Shown piece by piece: positions 1 through 9,368 of a stretch of DNA of 64,000 nucleotides. Source of the DNA: Deltaproteobacteria bacterium (GTDB lineage: Bacteria; Desulfobacterota; Binatia; DP-6); assembly GCA_005888095.1 (NCBI GenBank), contig VBKF01000111.1, forward strand, positions 260 through 64,259, in the 5' to 3' direction. The translations under genes were made by a program, and so were the position numbers. Position 1 is the stretch's first letter; every line of letters begins with the position of its first letter. Under the pieces are notes generated by a model. It was not told where the DNA came from, ran no database searches, and saw only the letters and a list, made by a program, of their open reading frames with translations.

Positions 1-3000
1 GTAGATGTCGGCGGCGACGACGTAAGGCTCCACCCGATAGACGTCGACGGCGTCCCGCGTGCGCGCATGGTGCGCGGGGCTCAGCATCTCGAGCAACGCC
101 GCGGCGCGATCGCGCCGGCCGAGCTCGGCCATCGCGCGCACCACCCAGAGCGCGGCGTGCGTGTACTGGCCGCCGTTCTCGCGGATGCCGGGGACGTAGC
201 CCTTGATGTAGCCGGGGTCGTGCGGCGTGCGGTCGAAGGGCGGCCAGAGCAGGTGGACGAGGCCCGCGTCCCGGGAGACGAGCTCGCGCTCGACCGCGTC
301 CATGGCGCGGGCCGCGCGCTCGCGCGGGGCAGCGCCTGAGATGACCGCCCACGCCTGGGCGAGCGCGTCGATCCGGCACTCGTCGTTCGTCGCCGAGCCG
401 AGCGGCGTCCCATCGTCGTAGTACGCGCGCCGGTACCAGGCGCCGTCCCAGCCCGCCTTCTCGAGCGCGGCCCGGACGTCGGTCCGGTAGGCTCGGTAGC
501 GTCCCGCGCGCTCCTGATCCCCGCGCCGCTCGCAGAGGAGGATGAACTCGCCGAGGACGAAGTACAGGAAAAACCCGAGCCACACGCTCTCGCCGCGCCC
601 TTCCCGTCCGACGCGGTTCATGCCGTCGTTCCAGTCGCCGGTGCCCATGAGCGGCAGGCCGTGCGGCCCGCGCGTGAGCGAGCGGTCGAGTGCGCGACAG
701 CAGTGCGCGTACACGTCGGCCGTCTCCTCCGACGGTGCCGGCAGCAGGTAGGCTTCGTCCTCGCCAGGCTGGAGCGCGCGTGCCGTGACGAAGCCGACCC
801 GCTCGTCGAGCACGCTCCCGTCGCCGGTCGTCCGCACGTAGAAGGCGGTGACGTAGGGCAGCCAGAGGAGATCGTCGGAGAATCGCGTGCGGGTGCCCCG
901 GCCGCCCGGTGGGTGCCACCAGTGGAGCACGTCGCCCTCGACGAACTGGTGCGCCGCGTGCAGGAGGATCTGCGCCCGCGTGAGCTCAGGCCGCACGTAG
1001 ACGAGGGCGGCGGCATCCTGGAGCTGGTCGCGGAAGCCGAAGGCGCCGCCCGACTGGTAGAAGGCCGAGCGGCCCCAGAGCCGGCAGCCGAGAGTCTGAT
1101 ACCCGAGCCAGCCGTTCACCATGAGATCGATGGCAGGCGAGGGCGTCTCCACCTGGACCGCCGAAACCGTCTCCCGCCAGAACGCCCGTACCTCGTCGAA
1201 CGCCTCGTCCAGCGCAGCCGCACCCCGGTACCGCGCGATGAGCGCGCGTGCTGCGCCCAGGTTCGTCGTCTCGCCGAGAAGAAACGCGCACTCGACCGTG
1301 ACGCCGGGCGCCAGCGGCAGCGTGACCTGCAGCGCGGCGCACGGATCGAGGCCGGCTCCCGTCCGGCCGTCGAGCCCCGCGGCGTCCGTGAGCGCCGCGG
1401 GGTCGGCCGGCGTCCCGTTCCGGCCGATGAAGGCGGTGCGGTCACCGGTGACCCGAACCGCCCCTTCCGTAACGGCCGCGGCGAAGACGACCCCGTCGGC
1501 GAATTCACCGTTTGCCGGGTTTCGCGCCAGCACTGCGCCCGAGTCGGGGTCGAATTCGGTGACGACGCTCCGCGCCGGGAGGACGCCGAGCACGAGCCGC
1601 GCGTAGGAGAAGACTGACAGCCGGCGCGCCCGCGGACCGGTGTTCCTGAGCCGCAGCCGGACGACCTTCACGGGGTCGTGCCGTGGCGCGAACAGGCACA
1701 CCTCCTGCTCGAGTTCGCGGCTCGAGTGCCGCCAGAGCGAGCAGCCGAAGCCGTGCCTCACCTCGAAGGGCGCAAGCGGGGCGACGGGGCCCGGCAGCGG
1801 CGACCAGAAGACGCCCGCGTCCTCGTCGCGCACGTACAGCGCCTCGCCGTGCGGGTCGGCGATCGGGTCGTTGTACCAGGGCGTCAGGCGGTTCTGCTGG
1901 CTGTTCCGGCTCCACGTCGTGCCGGCGCCGGACTCGCTCACCAGAAAGCCGAAGCGCTCGTTGGCGACGACGTTGACCCAGGGCATGGGCGGCCGCTCGC
2001 CGTCGACGCGGACGACGTACTCGCGGCCGTCGGGCGTGAAGCCCCCGTAGCCATTGTCGAAGAGGAGGGGCGTCTTCTCGCGCCGCTCGCCCTCGGGCTC
2101 GGCACGAGCGGGGCGGAACGTGCGCGTCGTCCTCGGGCTGCCGCCAGCGGGCGGCGAGGTCACTGGCGACAGATCGATCTCGATACCCTTGGCGCGCCAG
2201 AACGCGTGCGCCTTCCGCAGCGTCTCGGCGTCGGGACGGGACGTGGGGCAGCCGTAGAGGATGGCGCCGGCCAGCTCGTGGAAGTGCTCCGCCTCGGATT
2301 CGGCGAGACCGAGCCTGTCGAGCAACGCGCGCGCGCGTGCCTCCGCTCCCGCGAGCACGGCCTCGGCCGCCTCGGCGTGACGCCGTGCGAGCGCGACCGC
2401 CGCGTCGCGGGTCTCGGCCGCGCCGAGCAGCACGACGAGCCGCGTGCTCTCGCCCGGCGCGAGCACGACGGTGCGTCTCAGGCAGAGCACCGGATCGAGC
2501 ACGCTGCCGGTGGTGCCCGAAAGCGGCGCACGAGAGACGAGCCCCAGCGGTTGTGCCGGGCTCCGGCCGCGCCCGACGAACCGCGCCCGGTCGGTCTCGT
2601 ACTCGAGCGCGCCCTCGCCGCCGAGCGCGTGCAGCATCCACGGCGTCCGCTCGCCATGACTGCGCGGCCGGCGGCGCGCCAGGAGCACGCCATCCGCGTA
2701 CTCCGTTTCGACGAACAACTTCGAGAAGGCCGGGTGCGACGCGTGGGCGGCGGCCTCGTTCAGCACCACCTCGGCGTAGGTGGTGACGTCGATGCGGCGC
2801 GGCCGGCTCGAGCGATTGACGAGGTGCACGATCCGGACCTCGACATCGGCGTCCGGCGCGACGGCGACCTCGAGACGCGCCTCGATCTCGTCGTCGAGCC
2901 GCGCGATCGTCACGACGCCGGGGCGATGGTGGGCCTGGTACCGCTCGGCGGGCCGCCGGACGGGCTGATGGCCGAGCGACCAGAAGGTCCCGCGGTCGAG

Positions 3001-3183
3001 ATCGCGCACGTAAAGGAAGAATCCGTCGGCGTCTTCCGTCCGGTCGGCGGTCCAGGCGGTGAGCGCCAGGCCGTTCCATGCCGAGTAGCCGGTCCCGGCG
3101 CCGGTCAGCAGGACGATGTAGCGGCCGTTCGAGAGGAGACGCGCGTGCGGCGCCGGGTCGTCGAGAGAGCCTAGATCGCTCAT
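1..3183 (-). CDS. GH94 glycoside phosphorylase (glycosyltransferase family 36 type; 1,2-beta-oligoglucan phosphorylase / cyclic beta-1,2-glucan synthase-like). The 3' end runs off the window edge
   Basis: Manual translation of the minus strand from the ATG at 3183..3181 gives MSDLGSLDDPAPHARLLSNGRYIVLLTGAGTGYSAWNGLALTAWTAD... It continues without a stop to position 1, more than 1060 aa. It contains the GH94 signature WLGYQTLGCRLWGRSAFYQSGGAFGFRDQLQDAAALVYV and a C-proximal VEPYVVAADIY. The ORF is absent from the supplied track because there is no in-window stop. Its start overlaps the stop of the upstream gene as ATGA. Confidence 0.75.
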   Translation of the reverse strand, partial: MSDLGSLDDPAPHARLLSNGRYIVLLTGAGTGYSAWNGLALTAWTADRTEDADGFFLYVRDLDRGTFWSLGHQPVRRPAERYQAHHRPGVVTIARLDDEIEARLEVAVAPDADVEVRIVHLVNRSSRPRRIDVTTYAEVVLNEAAAHASHPAFSKLFVETEYADGVLLARRRPRSHGERTPWMLHALGGEGALEYETDRARFVGRGRSPAQPLGLVSRAPLSGTTGSVLDPVLCLRRTVVLAPGESTRLVVLLGAAETRDAAVALARRHAEAAEAVLAGAEARARALLDRLGLAESEAEHFHELAGAILYGCPTSRPDAETLRKAHAFWRAKGIEIDLSPVTSPPAGGSPRTTRTFRPARAEPEGERREKTPLLFDNGYGGFTPDGREYVVRVDGERPPMPWVNVVANERFGFLVSESGAGTTWSRNSQQNRLTPWYNDPIADPHGEALYVRDEDAGVFWSPLPGPVAPLAPFEVRHGFGCSLWRHSSRELEQEVCLFAPRHDPVKVVRLRLRNTGPRARRLSVFSYARLVLGVLPARSVVTEFDPDSGAVLARNPANGEFADGVVFAAAVTEGAVRVTGDRTAFIGRNGTPADPAALTDAAGLDGRTGAGLDPCAALQVTLPLAPGVTVECAFLLGETTNLGAARALIARYRGAAALDEAFDEVRAFWRETVSAVQVETPSPAIDLMVNGWLGYQTLGCRLWGRSAFYQSGGAFGFRDQLQDAAALVYVRPELTRAQILLHAAHQFVEGDVLHWWHPPGGRGTRTRFSDDLLWLPYVTAFYVRTTGDGSVLDERVGFVTARALQPGEDEAYLLPAPSEETADVYAHCCRALDRSLTRGPHGLPLMGTGDWNDGMNRVGREGRGESVWLGFFLYFVLGEFILLCERRGDQERAGRYRAYRTDVRAALEKAGWDGAWYRRAYYDDGTPLGSATNDECRIDALAQAWAVISGAAPRERAARAMDAVERELVSRDAGLVHLLWPPFDRTPHDPGYIKGYVPGIRENGGQYTHAALWVVRAMAELGRRDRAAALLEMLSPAHHARTRDAVDVYRVEPYVVAADIY

Positions 3184-6100
3184 GTCGAGCCCGGCTCGTA
3201 CCCGAGCACGACGTCGGCCGGGCATTCGGTGATGACGGCGCCGTCGGCCGTGAAGGTGTCGACGGACTTGCCGTTCACCTTGACGGAGCGGAGCGGCCGC
3301 CCGAGCGGCGAGCTCACGACGATCTTCCCGGGCGGCACGGCGAGGTCGCCGCTCAGCCGGAAGCGGACCGCGTCGGGCCCCTCTGCGCGCAGCGTGTAGT
3401 TGAGCACCCCGTAGTGGGTGGGGAGGCGCTTCACGACGACGCCGGGCTCCTCGCGCACCCACGCGGCCGGCACGCCGGCGGCCAGCACGAGCGTGCCGTC
3501 CGACTCGCGCTCGTAGGCGAACAGGCTCCGGACGGATCGGATGTAGCCTGCCCCCACCCATGTGTGGGGCATGTCGCCGATGAACCTCGGCGCCGTCGGG
3601 TCACGCCAGGCGATCTCGGCCCACTCGTTCCAGCCGACGGGCCGGCGGTCGGCGAGGAACCAGTCGAGGAGCGCGAGGGCGCGCTCGCGCTGGCCGAGCC
3701 GGACGAATGTCCCGACGTTGCGGATCTCGTACGGCGTGTAGGCGTCCGAGTCGGCCGCCCCGTCCTTGCGCTTCTCGAACTCCTCCCAGTAGCGGTCGAA
3801 GGTGCGCGACAGGGCCGGCTCGGGCAGGTTCCCGAGCTCCCCGCCCGGCACGATCGCGATCGCCGTCGACGTCGGGTCGAAGTCGCCGAGCTCGACCGAC
3901 CCGGGGATGTAGTCGATCCCGTGATCGGCGACGGTGCGCGCGATGGACGTGTACAGCGACTCGCGGAAGGCATCGCGGAGCGCCGCGAACTTCGTCGCGT
4001 GGTCCTCATCGCCAACGACGATGGCCAGGGCCGCCGCGTCCTTCAACCCCCGGAGCGCGAAGAAGTCGTCCCAGTAGGAATGCACGGGATGCGCCGCGTA
4101 CCCTTCGTGGCTGATCGACTCGGGCAGGAGGCCGTACAACGCCTGCTTGTCCGGCGCCCGGAACTCCTCGGTCATGCGCCGCTTGCGGAGCGACGACAGG
4201 TAGTCGACGGCGCGCACCACGCGCGGCCACATGTCGGCGAGGAAGCCGACGTCGTGGGTGAAGCGGTAGTACTCGGCGATCCCGAAGATGAACGCCCCCG
4301 GGCTGTCGTTCTCGACCACCGGGTCCGCCCCGCGGCGGTCCACGCAGCACGGCACCTTGCCGTCGGCCGTCTGATAGCGGGCGTACCACTCGAGGAAGTG
4401 GCGCACCTCCTCCACCGTTCCGAGCTGCAGGAGCGCCACCGAGGTGAGGGCCCCGTCGCGGATCCACGAGCGCGCGTAGTTCCGGGAGCCGGGCCGGAGC
4501 GCCGGGCCGTCGCGGTTGATGAGGATGTAGGCGAGCGTCGTCTTCAGCGTGCGCACGATCTTCTCGGCGCTCGGCGGCAGGGCGATCTCGACGCGGTCGA
4601 GCACGTTCTGCCAGTGCCGCCGGGCCTCTTCGTGCCGCTCGGCGACCCACGCCGCACTCCCGTCGGACCCGAGACCCGCGGCCGCAACGCGCGCGTCGTG
4701 CCAGGGCACGGCAAGGTCGACCTCGGCGTGCGCCCGTGGCTCGAGGTAGAAGTTGTACTGCAGCGCGCCCGACGCGAAGCCGAAGGGGTCCGAGACGTCG
4801 GTCTGGGGCGGCACCTTGCCGCGCACGAGGAACTGCGTGACGGAGCCTTCCTCGAAGGTGCCGGCGCCGAAGTGGTCGGTCGGCGTGATCGACACGACCG
4901 CCTTGTCCCGGTTGACCCACACCGTGCGCCCGTCGAAGCGCATCTCCTGGATGTGCGTCACGCCCCCGGTCATGTTGAGCGACTGCCAGGGCGGGCTCAC
5001 CTGGAACGGACGGATGGCGAGGAAGAGCTGCACGGGCTCGCCGTCGTCGCCGTGGTTCTCGACCCGGTAGCGCGCGAGCAGGGTCGACCGTCCCGCCTCC
5101 CCGGTCGCGAAGGCGGTGACGCGGAGGCCGAGGCGGTTGTGCCGCCACGTGACGGACGGAATCGGCAGGTAGCCGTCCTCCAGCGACTGCTCGGTGCGCG
5201 CGGCGCTCCAGGTGACGAGCCCGCCGTCGGTGTAGAGGAAGGGCTCGATCGAGAACGCCCCCTTCTCGACCTCGAGCATGCCCTCCTCGTTGAGGATCGC
5301 CTGCTTGTCGTCGCCCTCGACGCCGACCTCCGTCCAGTAGGTCTGCTTCCCGTAGAGGTACTTGGGGTACGTGCCGGCCGGCGCATCCCGCGCGATCGCC
5401 CCGAAGAACTGGTTCGCGGAAGCGGAGAACTCGAAGGGCTTGACGGCGAGCGCGACGATGCCGTAGCCGCGCCCGCGGCTGCTGCGCTGCATGGCGAGGC
5501 GGATGAAGCGCGACTCGGCGTCGGGCATGTAGATGTAGTCCCGGCCGCCGTGACCGGTCGCCGTCCGGTAGGCCGTCGTCCACGCCGAGCCGTCGCTCGA
5601 CACCTGCACTTCGAAGGCCACCGCGTAGTCGTCGGCGTCCCAGTCGATGACGAGCCCGCCGTACTCCCGGTTCCTGCCGAAGTCGATCATCGCCCACTGC
5701 TCGCGCGGGAGCGGCGCGCTCTTCCAGGCGGTGGCGCCGTCCTGGTCGAGCATGAGCGGCGGCTCGTGGCCGGGAAGGAAGGTCGAGGCCTGGGCCGCGG
5801 GCGCCACCCCGTCCTGCCCAGCCGGCTCGCGCGTCTCGAAGCCGAGGTCGCCGATCCAGATCGAGCCGCTGCCGCCCTCCCCCGCCGAGATCGCGAGCTC
5901 GATGGCGCCCACCTGCTTCGGCTCCCCGCCGCCCGCGGGACCCCACGCGAAGTCCAGGCGCGACTTGCGGATGGTCATCCGCTGCCACTCCCGCGGAAAG
6001 ACGTAGTCGCGCTGGTTGCGCCACCAGACGTTCTTGCCGCGCGGGTCGACGAGCTTGAACTCGAAATTGTTGGGCCGCGTCTCGCCCCGCAGCCGGAACG

Positions 6101-6377
6101 AGAACGCGTAGTTCTCGGGGAGCGCGAGCGAGAAGCTCTTGCGCACGATCACCCAGCCGCCGCCGATGTTGAGGTCGAACCCGATCCGCATGCCCGTGCC
6201 CGTCTCGTCCGACTCGCGGGCGATCCAGACGTGCGTGCCCTCCGACGCGATGGCGGTCCAGCCCGCGAGGTCGGCGAAGTCGTCGAGGACGACGCGCTCG
6301 GCGAACGCCGCGCGGGCGCCGATCACGTGCCAACCCACCAGGACGGCGAGGAGATGCCACGTTCTCGCGGCGCGCAC
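3180..6377 (-). CDS. Secreted multi-domain glycoside-hydrolase-like protein. It has N-terminal beta-sandwich domains (discoidin/F5-8 type C-like) and a C-terminal (alpha/alpha)6 six-hairpin glycosidase-like domain; the family cannot be assigned by eye
   Basis: 1065-aa ORF with a GTG start and a Sec signal peptide MRAARTWHLLAVLVGWHVIGARAAFA. Its composition is protein-like throughout (WIRDGALTSVALLQLG, YGLLPESISHEGY). The stop is 1 nt from the start of the downstream GH94 gene, and the start is 1 nt after the stop of the upstream permease gene. Confidence 0.75.
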   Translation of the reverse strand: MRAARTWHLLAVLVGWHVIGARAAFAERVVLDDFADLAGWTAIASEGTHVWIARESDETGTGMRIGFDLNIGGGWVIVRKSFSLALPENYAFSFRLRGETRPNNFEFKLVDPRGKNVWWRNQRDYVFPREWQRMTIRKSRLDFAWGPAGGGEPKQVGAIELAISAGEGGSGSIWIGDLGFETREPAGQDGVAPAAQASTFLPGHEPPLMLDQDGATAWKSAPLPREQWAMIDFGRNREYGGLVIDWDADDYAVAFEVQVSSDGSAWTTAYRTATGHGGRDYIYMPDAESRFIRLAMQRSSRGRGYGIVALAVKPFEFSASANQFFGAIARDAPAGTYPKYLYGKQTYWTEVGVEGDDKQAILNEEGMLEVEKGAFSIEPFLYTDGGLVTWSAARTEQSLEDGYLPIPSVTWRHNRLGLRVTAFATGEAGRSTLLARYRVENHGDDGEPVQLFLAIRPFQVSPPWQSLNMTGGVTHIQEMRFDGRTVWVNRDKAVVSITPTDHFGAGTFEEGSVTQFLVRGKVPPQTDVSDPFGFASGALQYNFYLEPRAHAEVDLAVPWHDARVAAAGLGSDGSAAWVAERHEEARRHWQNVLDRVEIALPPSAEKIVRTLKTTLAYILINRDGPALRPGSRNYARSWIRDGALTSVALLQLGTVEEVRHFLEWYARYQTADGKVPCCVDRRGADPVVENDSPGAFIFGIAEYYRFTHDVGFLADMWPRVVRAVDYLSSLRKRRMTEEFRAPDKQALYGLLPESISHEGYAAHPVHSYWDDFFALRGLKDAAALAIVVGDEDHATKFAALRDAFRESLYTSIARTVADHGIDYIPGSVELGDFDPTSTAIAIVPGGELGNLPEPALSRTFDRYWEEFEKRKDGAADSDAYTPYEIRNVGTFVRLGQRERALALLDWFLADRRPVGWNEWAEIAWRDPTAPRFIGDMPHTWVGAGYIRSVRSLFAYERESDGTLVLAAGVPAAWVREEPGVVVKRLPTHYGVLNYTLRAEGPDAVRFRLSGDLAVPPGKIVVSSPLGRPLRSVKVNGKSVDTFTADGAVITECPADVVLGYEPGST

Positions 6378-6378
6378 G

Positions 6379-7200
6379 CTACTCCTTCACCCCACCACTC
6401 ATCACGCCGGCCACATAATACCTCTGCAGGAACACGAAGAGCAGCATGACGGGGAGGACGGTCAGCACCGCACCCGCCATCATCAGCTCCGTGTCCTGCA
6501 CGTGCTCGCCCGCGAGGTTCGCGAGCGCGACGGGGAGGGTGTAGAGGCGGTCGTCCGCCAGCACGATGAGCGGCCACATGAAGTCGTTCCACGTGCCCAT
6601 GAAGGTGAACACGGCGAGCGTGACCAGCACGGGCGCGCAGAGGAAGAGCACGAGCGAGCGGTAGATGCGGAACTCCCCTGCCCCGTCGACGCGGGCCGCG
6701 TCGAGCACGCTGTCCGGGATCGCCAGCGCGTACTGCCGGACGAGGAAGATCCCGAAGACGCTTGCCATGCCGGGAACGATCACGCCCCAGTACGTGTCGA
6801 TCACGCCGAGGGCCCGGAGCATCAGGAAGAGCGGCAGCATGGCCACCTGCGCGGGGATCACCAGCGCCCCGAGCAGGAGACGAAAGAGACGGTCGCGGCC
6901 GGCGAAGCGGAGCTTCGCGAAGGCGTAGCCCGCCATCGAGTTGAGAAGCAGCGAGACGGCCGTGACCGCGGTGGCGAGCCCCGCGCTGTTGAGGAGCGAG
7001 CGCGTCAGGTGCAGCCGCGCGAAGAGCGCCCGGTAGTGCTCGAGCGTCACGGCGCTCGGCACCAGCCGCGGCGGGACGGCGCTCGCCTCGCCGGCCGGCA
7101 TGAGCGACGCCGCGAGCATCCAGAGGAGCGGCAGCAGGGTGAGCGCGGCGCCGAAGGCGAGCACGCCGTGGAGCGCCACCGCCTGGACCGTTCGCCTCAT
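6379..7200 (-). CDS. Carbohydrate ABC transporter permease (CUT1 family, MalG-like)
   Basis: C-terminal 273 aa of track ORF 6379..8088, starting MRRTVQAVALHGVLAFGAALTLLPLLWMLAASL. It has a typical MalG-like permease core (EAA-loop region DAARVDGAGEFRIYRSLVLF). Its ATG overlaps the stop of the upstream permease gene as ATGA at 7197..7200. Confidence 0.85.
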   Translation of the reverse strand: MRRTVQAVALHGVLAFGAALTLLPLLWMLAASLMPAGEASAVPPRLVPSAVTLEHYRALFARLHLTRSLLNSAGLATAVTAVSLLLNSMAGYAFAKLRFAGRDRLFRLLLGALVIPAQVAMLPLFLMLRALGVIDTYWGVIVPGMASVFGIFLVRQYALAIPDSVLDAARVDGAGEFRIYRSLVLFLCAPVLVTLAVFTFMGTWNDFMWPLIVLADDRLYTLPVALANLAGEHVQDTELMMAGAVLTVLPVMLLFVFLQRYYVAGVMSGGVKE

Positions 7201-8084
7201 CGCGCCCCCGGCTGGAGCCGCCGGAGCCCGCGCTCGGCCAGCGTGAGCGAGAGGATGATCGCGAAGAGCACGAAGGCGACGGCGGCGCCGTAACCCATGT
7301 TCCACCAGCGGAAGCCCTCCTCGTACATGAGGAGGACGACGCTGAGCGTGCTGTTCGCCGGTCCGCCCTGGGTCATGACGTAGGGCTCGGCGAACAGCTG
7401 GAAGTAGCCGATCATGGTGACGACGGCGACGAACAGGAACGTCGGCGCGAGCATCGGCAGCGTGACCCGGCGAAACTGCTGCCAGGCGCTCGCGCCGTCC
7501 AGCCGCGCGGCCTCGTAGAGCCGCTCGGGAATGCTCTGCAGGCCGGCGATGAAGATCACCATGTTGAAGCCGAAGTTCTTCCACACGGCGAGCAGGATGA
7601 TGGCGGGCATGGCCCAGCGCGGGTCGCCGAGCCAGTCGATCGGGTGGATGCCCGCGAGCCCGAGCAGCAGATTCAGCAGACCGTGGCGCGGATGATAGAG
7701 GTAGCGCCAGACGACGGCCACCGCGACCAGCGTGGTCACGACGGGCAGGAAGAAGACCGTCCGGAAGAATCCCTTCCAGCGCGCGAGCTTCGCCTCGAGG
7801 AGCAGCGCCGCACCCAGCGACACCCCGACGGAGAGCGGCCCGCCCACGACGACGAAGTAGGCGGTGTTGCCGAGCGCGGTCCAGAAGCGCGGCTCGCCGA
7901 GCAGGCGCGCGTAGTTCCCGAGGGCGACGAAGCGCAGACGGTCGGGGCGCGCCACGGCGTAGACGTCGAAGTCCGTGAAGCTCAAGAGCAGGGAGGCCGC
8001 CACCGGCACGAAGAAGAACGCGCCGATCGCGAGCAGCGCCGGCCCGACGAACCCCCAGGCTGGGTTGATGCGCCCGCGCCCCAT
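7197..8084 (-). CDS. Carbohydrate ABC transporter permease (CUT1 family, MalF-like)
   Basis: 295-aa ORF with six predicted TM segments and the EAA motif YEAARLDGASAWQQFRRVTLPML. Its ATG directly abuts the stop of the substrate-binding-protein gene (TGAATG). Confidence 0.85.
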   Translation of the reverse strand: MGRGRINPAWGFVGPALLAIGAFFFVPVAASLLLSFTDFDVYAVARPDRLRFVALGNYARLLGEPRFWTALGNTAYFVVVGGPLSVGVSLGAALLLEAKLARWKGFFRTVFFLPVVTTLVAVAVVWRYLYHPRHGLLNLLLGLAGIHPIDWLGDPRWAMPAIILLAVWKNFGFNMVIFIAGLQSIPERLYEAARLDGASAWQQFRRVTLPMLAPTFLFVAVVTMIGYFQLFAEPYVMTQGGPANSTLSVVLLMYEEGFRWWNMGYGAAVAFVLFAIILSLTLAERGLRRLQPGAR

Positions 8085-9368
8085 TCACCGCCCCGCCGCC
8101 CGCATGAGCCAGCGCCGCTTCTCCAACACATTATCCACGTCACGATCGAGGCCAGCCAGCGCCTGGTCGATCGTCATGGTCCCGCGGATCGCCGCCTCCG
8201 CATACTGCGAGATCTTGGCCGCAATCCGCTCCCATTCCGGGATCTTGGGGGTCGATTGCACGGATTGCAACTGAATCCAGAAAGCGTGCGCACGCCGATC
8301 GCGCGGGAGTCCCTCGTCGGCCCACGCCGCCTTGCGCGCCGGGAGGTCGCCCGTGAGCCGGTAGAAGCGCACCTGCTGTGCCGGCTGGGAGAGGAACTCC
8401 ACGAGCTTCCACGCCGCGTCCTTGCGGTCCGAGCCGCGGGAGACCGCGAGGCTCGCGCCGCCCGCGAGCGAGACACCCGGGTAGCCGTCGCCGGGCGCGG
8501 GCAGCGGCGCCGTCGTCCAGCGGTCGGCGAGGTCGGCAGGGAGCCGCCGGGCGAACTCGCCGATGTTCCACGGGCCGCTGATGTAGAGCGAGAAGTAGCC
8601 GCGGGCGAAGTCCTGATAGAGGTTTGCGAGCGCGGTGTCGCCGGCACGCGGCGCGAGACCGCGGCGGAAGAGGTCGAGATAGAACTCGAAGGCGGCGCGG
8701 ACGGGTGGGCTCTGGAAGTCGCCGTAGCGGGCGCCGTCGCGGAGGAGGCTCGCGCCCCGTTGCAGCGCCAGGATGACGGGTGGCTGCCACTCGCGGAGCG
8801 GCAGCAGGATGGCGTAGCGCTCCGGACCGACGCGCTCCTTCACGCGCAGCATGGCGTCGGTCCACGCCGTCCACGTCCGCGGCGGCTCGGGATAGCCGGC
8901 CTCCGCGAGGAGGTCGCTCCGGTAGAAGAGCACCCGGGTGTCGACGTACCACGGGACCGCCCAGGTGGCGCCGTCGACCACGTTGGTGTCGACGATGCCC
9001 GGGAAGTAATCGTCGCGATCGATGGCCGGCCAGCGCGCGAGCCGCTCGTCGAGGGGCTCGAGGGCCCCGAGGGCGACGAGCTCGGGCAGCCAGGTGTTGC
9101 CGGCCTGGAAGACGTCGGGCATCGCGCCGCCGACGTCGGCCGTCAAGAGCTTCTCGTGCGCCGCGCCCCACGGAATCTGCTGGACGCGGACGTGGATGTC
9201 CGGGTGGCGGCGCTCGAACTCGAGCACGAGCTGCTGCACCTCCTCCCCCTCGCGCCCCATCGCCCAGAAGCGGACGGCGCCCGTATCGGTCGCGTCGATA
9301 CGGCACCCGAGCGCCGCCGCGAGCCCGAGGAGGAGCAACGCCCGCGCCGGGCGACGCCACGCGCTCAA
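8085..9368 (-). CDS. ABC transporter substrate-binding lipoprotein (extracellular solute-binding protein family 1, sugar-type)
   Basis: This is the C-terminal part of track ORF 8085..11000. Its frame reads (M)SAWRRPARALLLLGLAAALGCRIDATDTG..., a signal peptide with a lipobox Cys, followed by a typical family-1 SBP body (FWAMGREGEEVQQLVLEFERRHPDIHVRVQQIPWGAAHEKL...). The only plausible start is a TTG at 9368..9366 that overlaps the opgH stop (TTGA). The start is therefore uncertain. Confidence 0.7.
   Translation of the reverse strand: MSAWRRPARALLLLGLAAALGCRIDATDTGAVRFWAMGREGEEVQQLVLEFERRHPDIHVRVQQIPWGAAHEKLLTADVGGAMPDVFQAGNTWLPELVALGALEPLDERLARWPAIDRDDYFPGIVDTNVVDGATWAVPWYVDTRVLFYRSDLLAEAGYPEPPRTWTAWTDAMLRVKERVGPERYAILLPLREWQPPVILALQRGASLLRDGARYGDFQSPPVRAAFEFYLDLFRRGLAPRAGDTALANLYQDFARGYFSLYISGPWNIGEFARRLPADLADRWTTAPLPAPGDGYPGVSLAGGASLAVSRGSDRKDAAWKLVEFLSQPAQQVRFYRLTGDLPARKAAWADEGLPRDRRAHAFWIQLQSVQSTPKIPEWERIAAKISQYAEAAIRGTMTIDQALAGLDRDVDNVLEKRRWLMRAAGR

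Noticed and set aside
1505-3174. Long ORFs in the track on both strands (1505..3079 minus, 1678..3174 plus), 500 aa each
   Set aside because: Their translations are Arg/Ala/Pro-rich noise. They are overlapped by a different minus-strand frame encoding a clean GH94 protein that is missing from the track only because it has no in-window stop.
3078-6449. 1123-aa plus-strand ORF and 784-aa minus-strand ORF (4006..6360) overlapping the secreted glycosidase gene
   Set aside because: These are antisense or out-of-frame high-GC artefacts. They have extreme Arg/Gly/Pro content, no motifs and no signal peptides, and the overlapping 3180..6377 frame is clearly protein-like.
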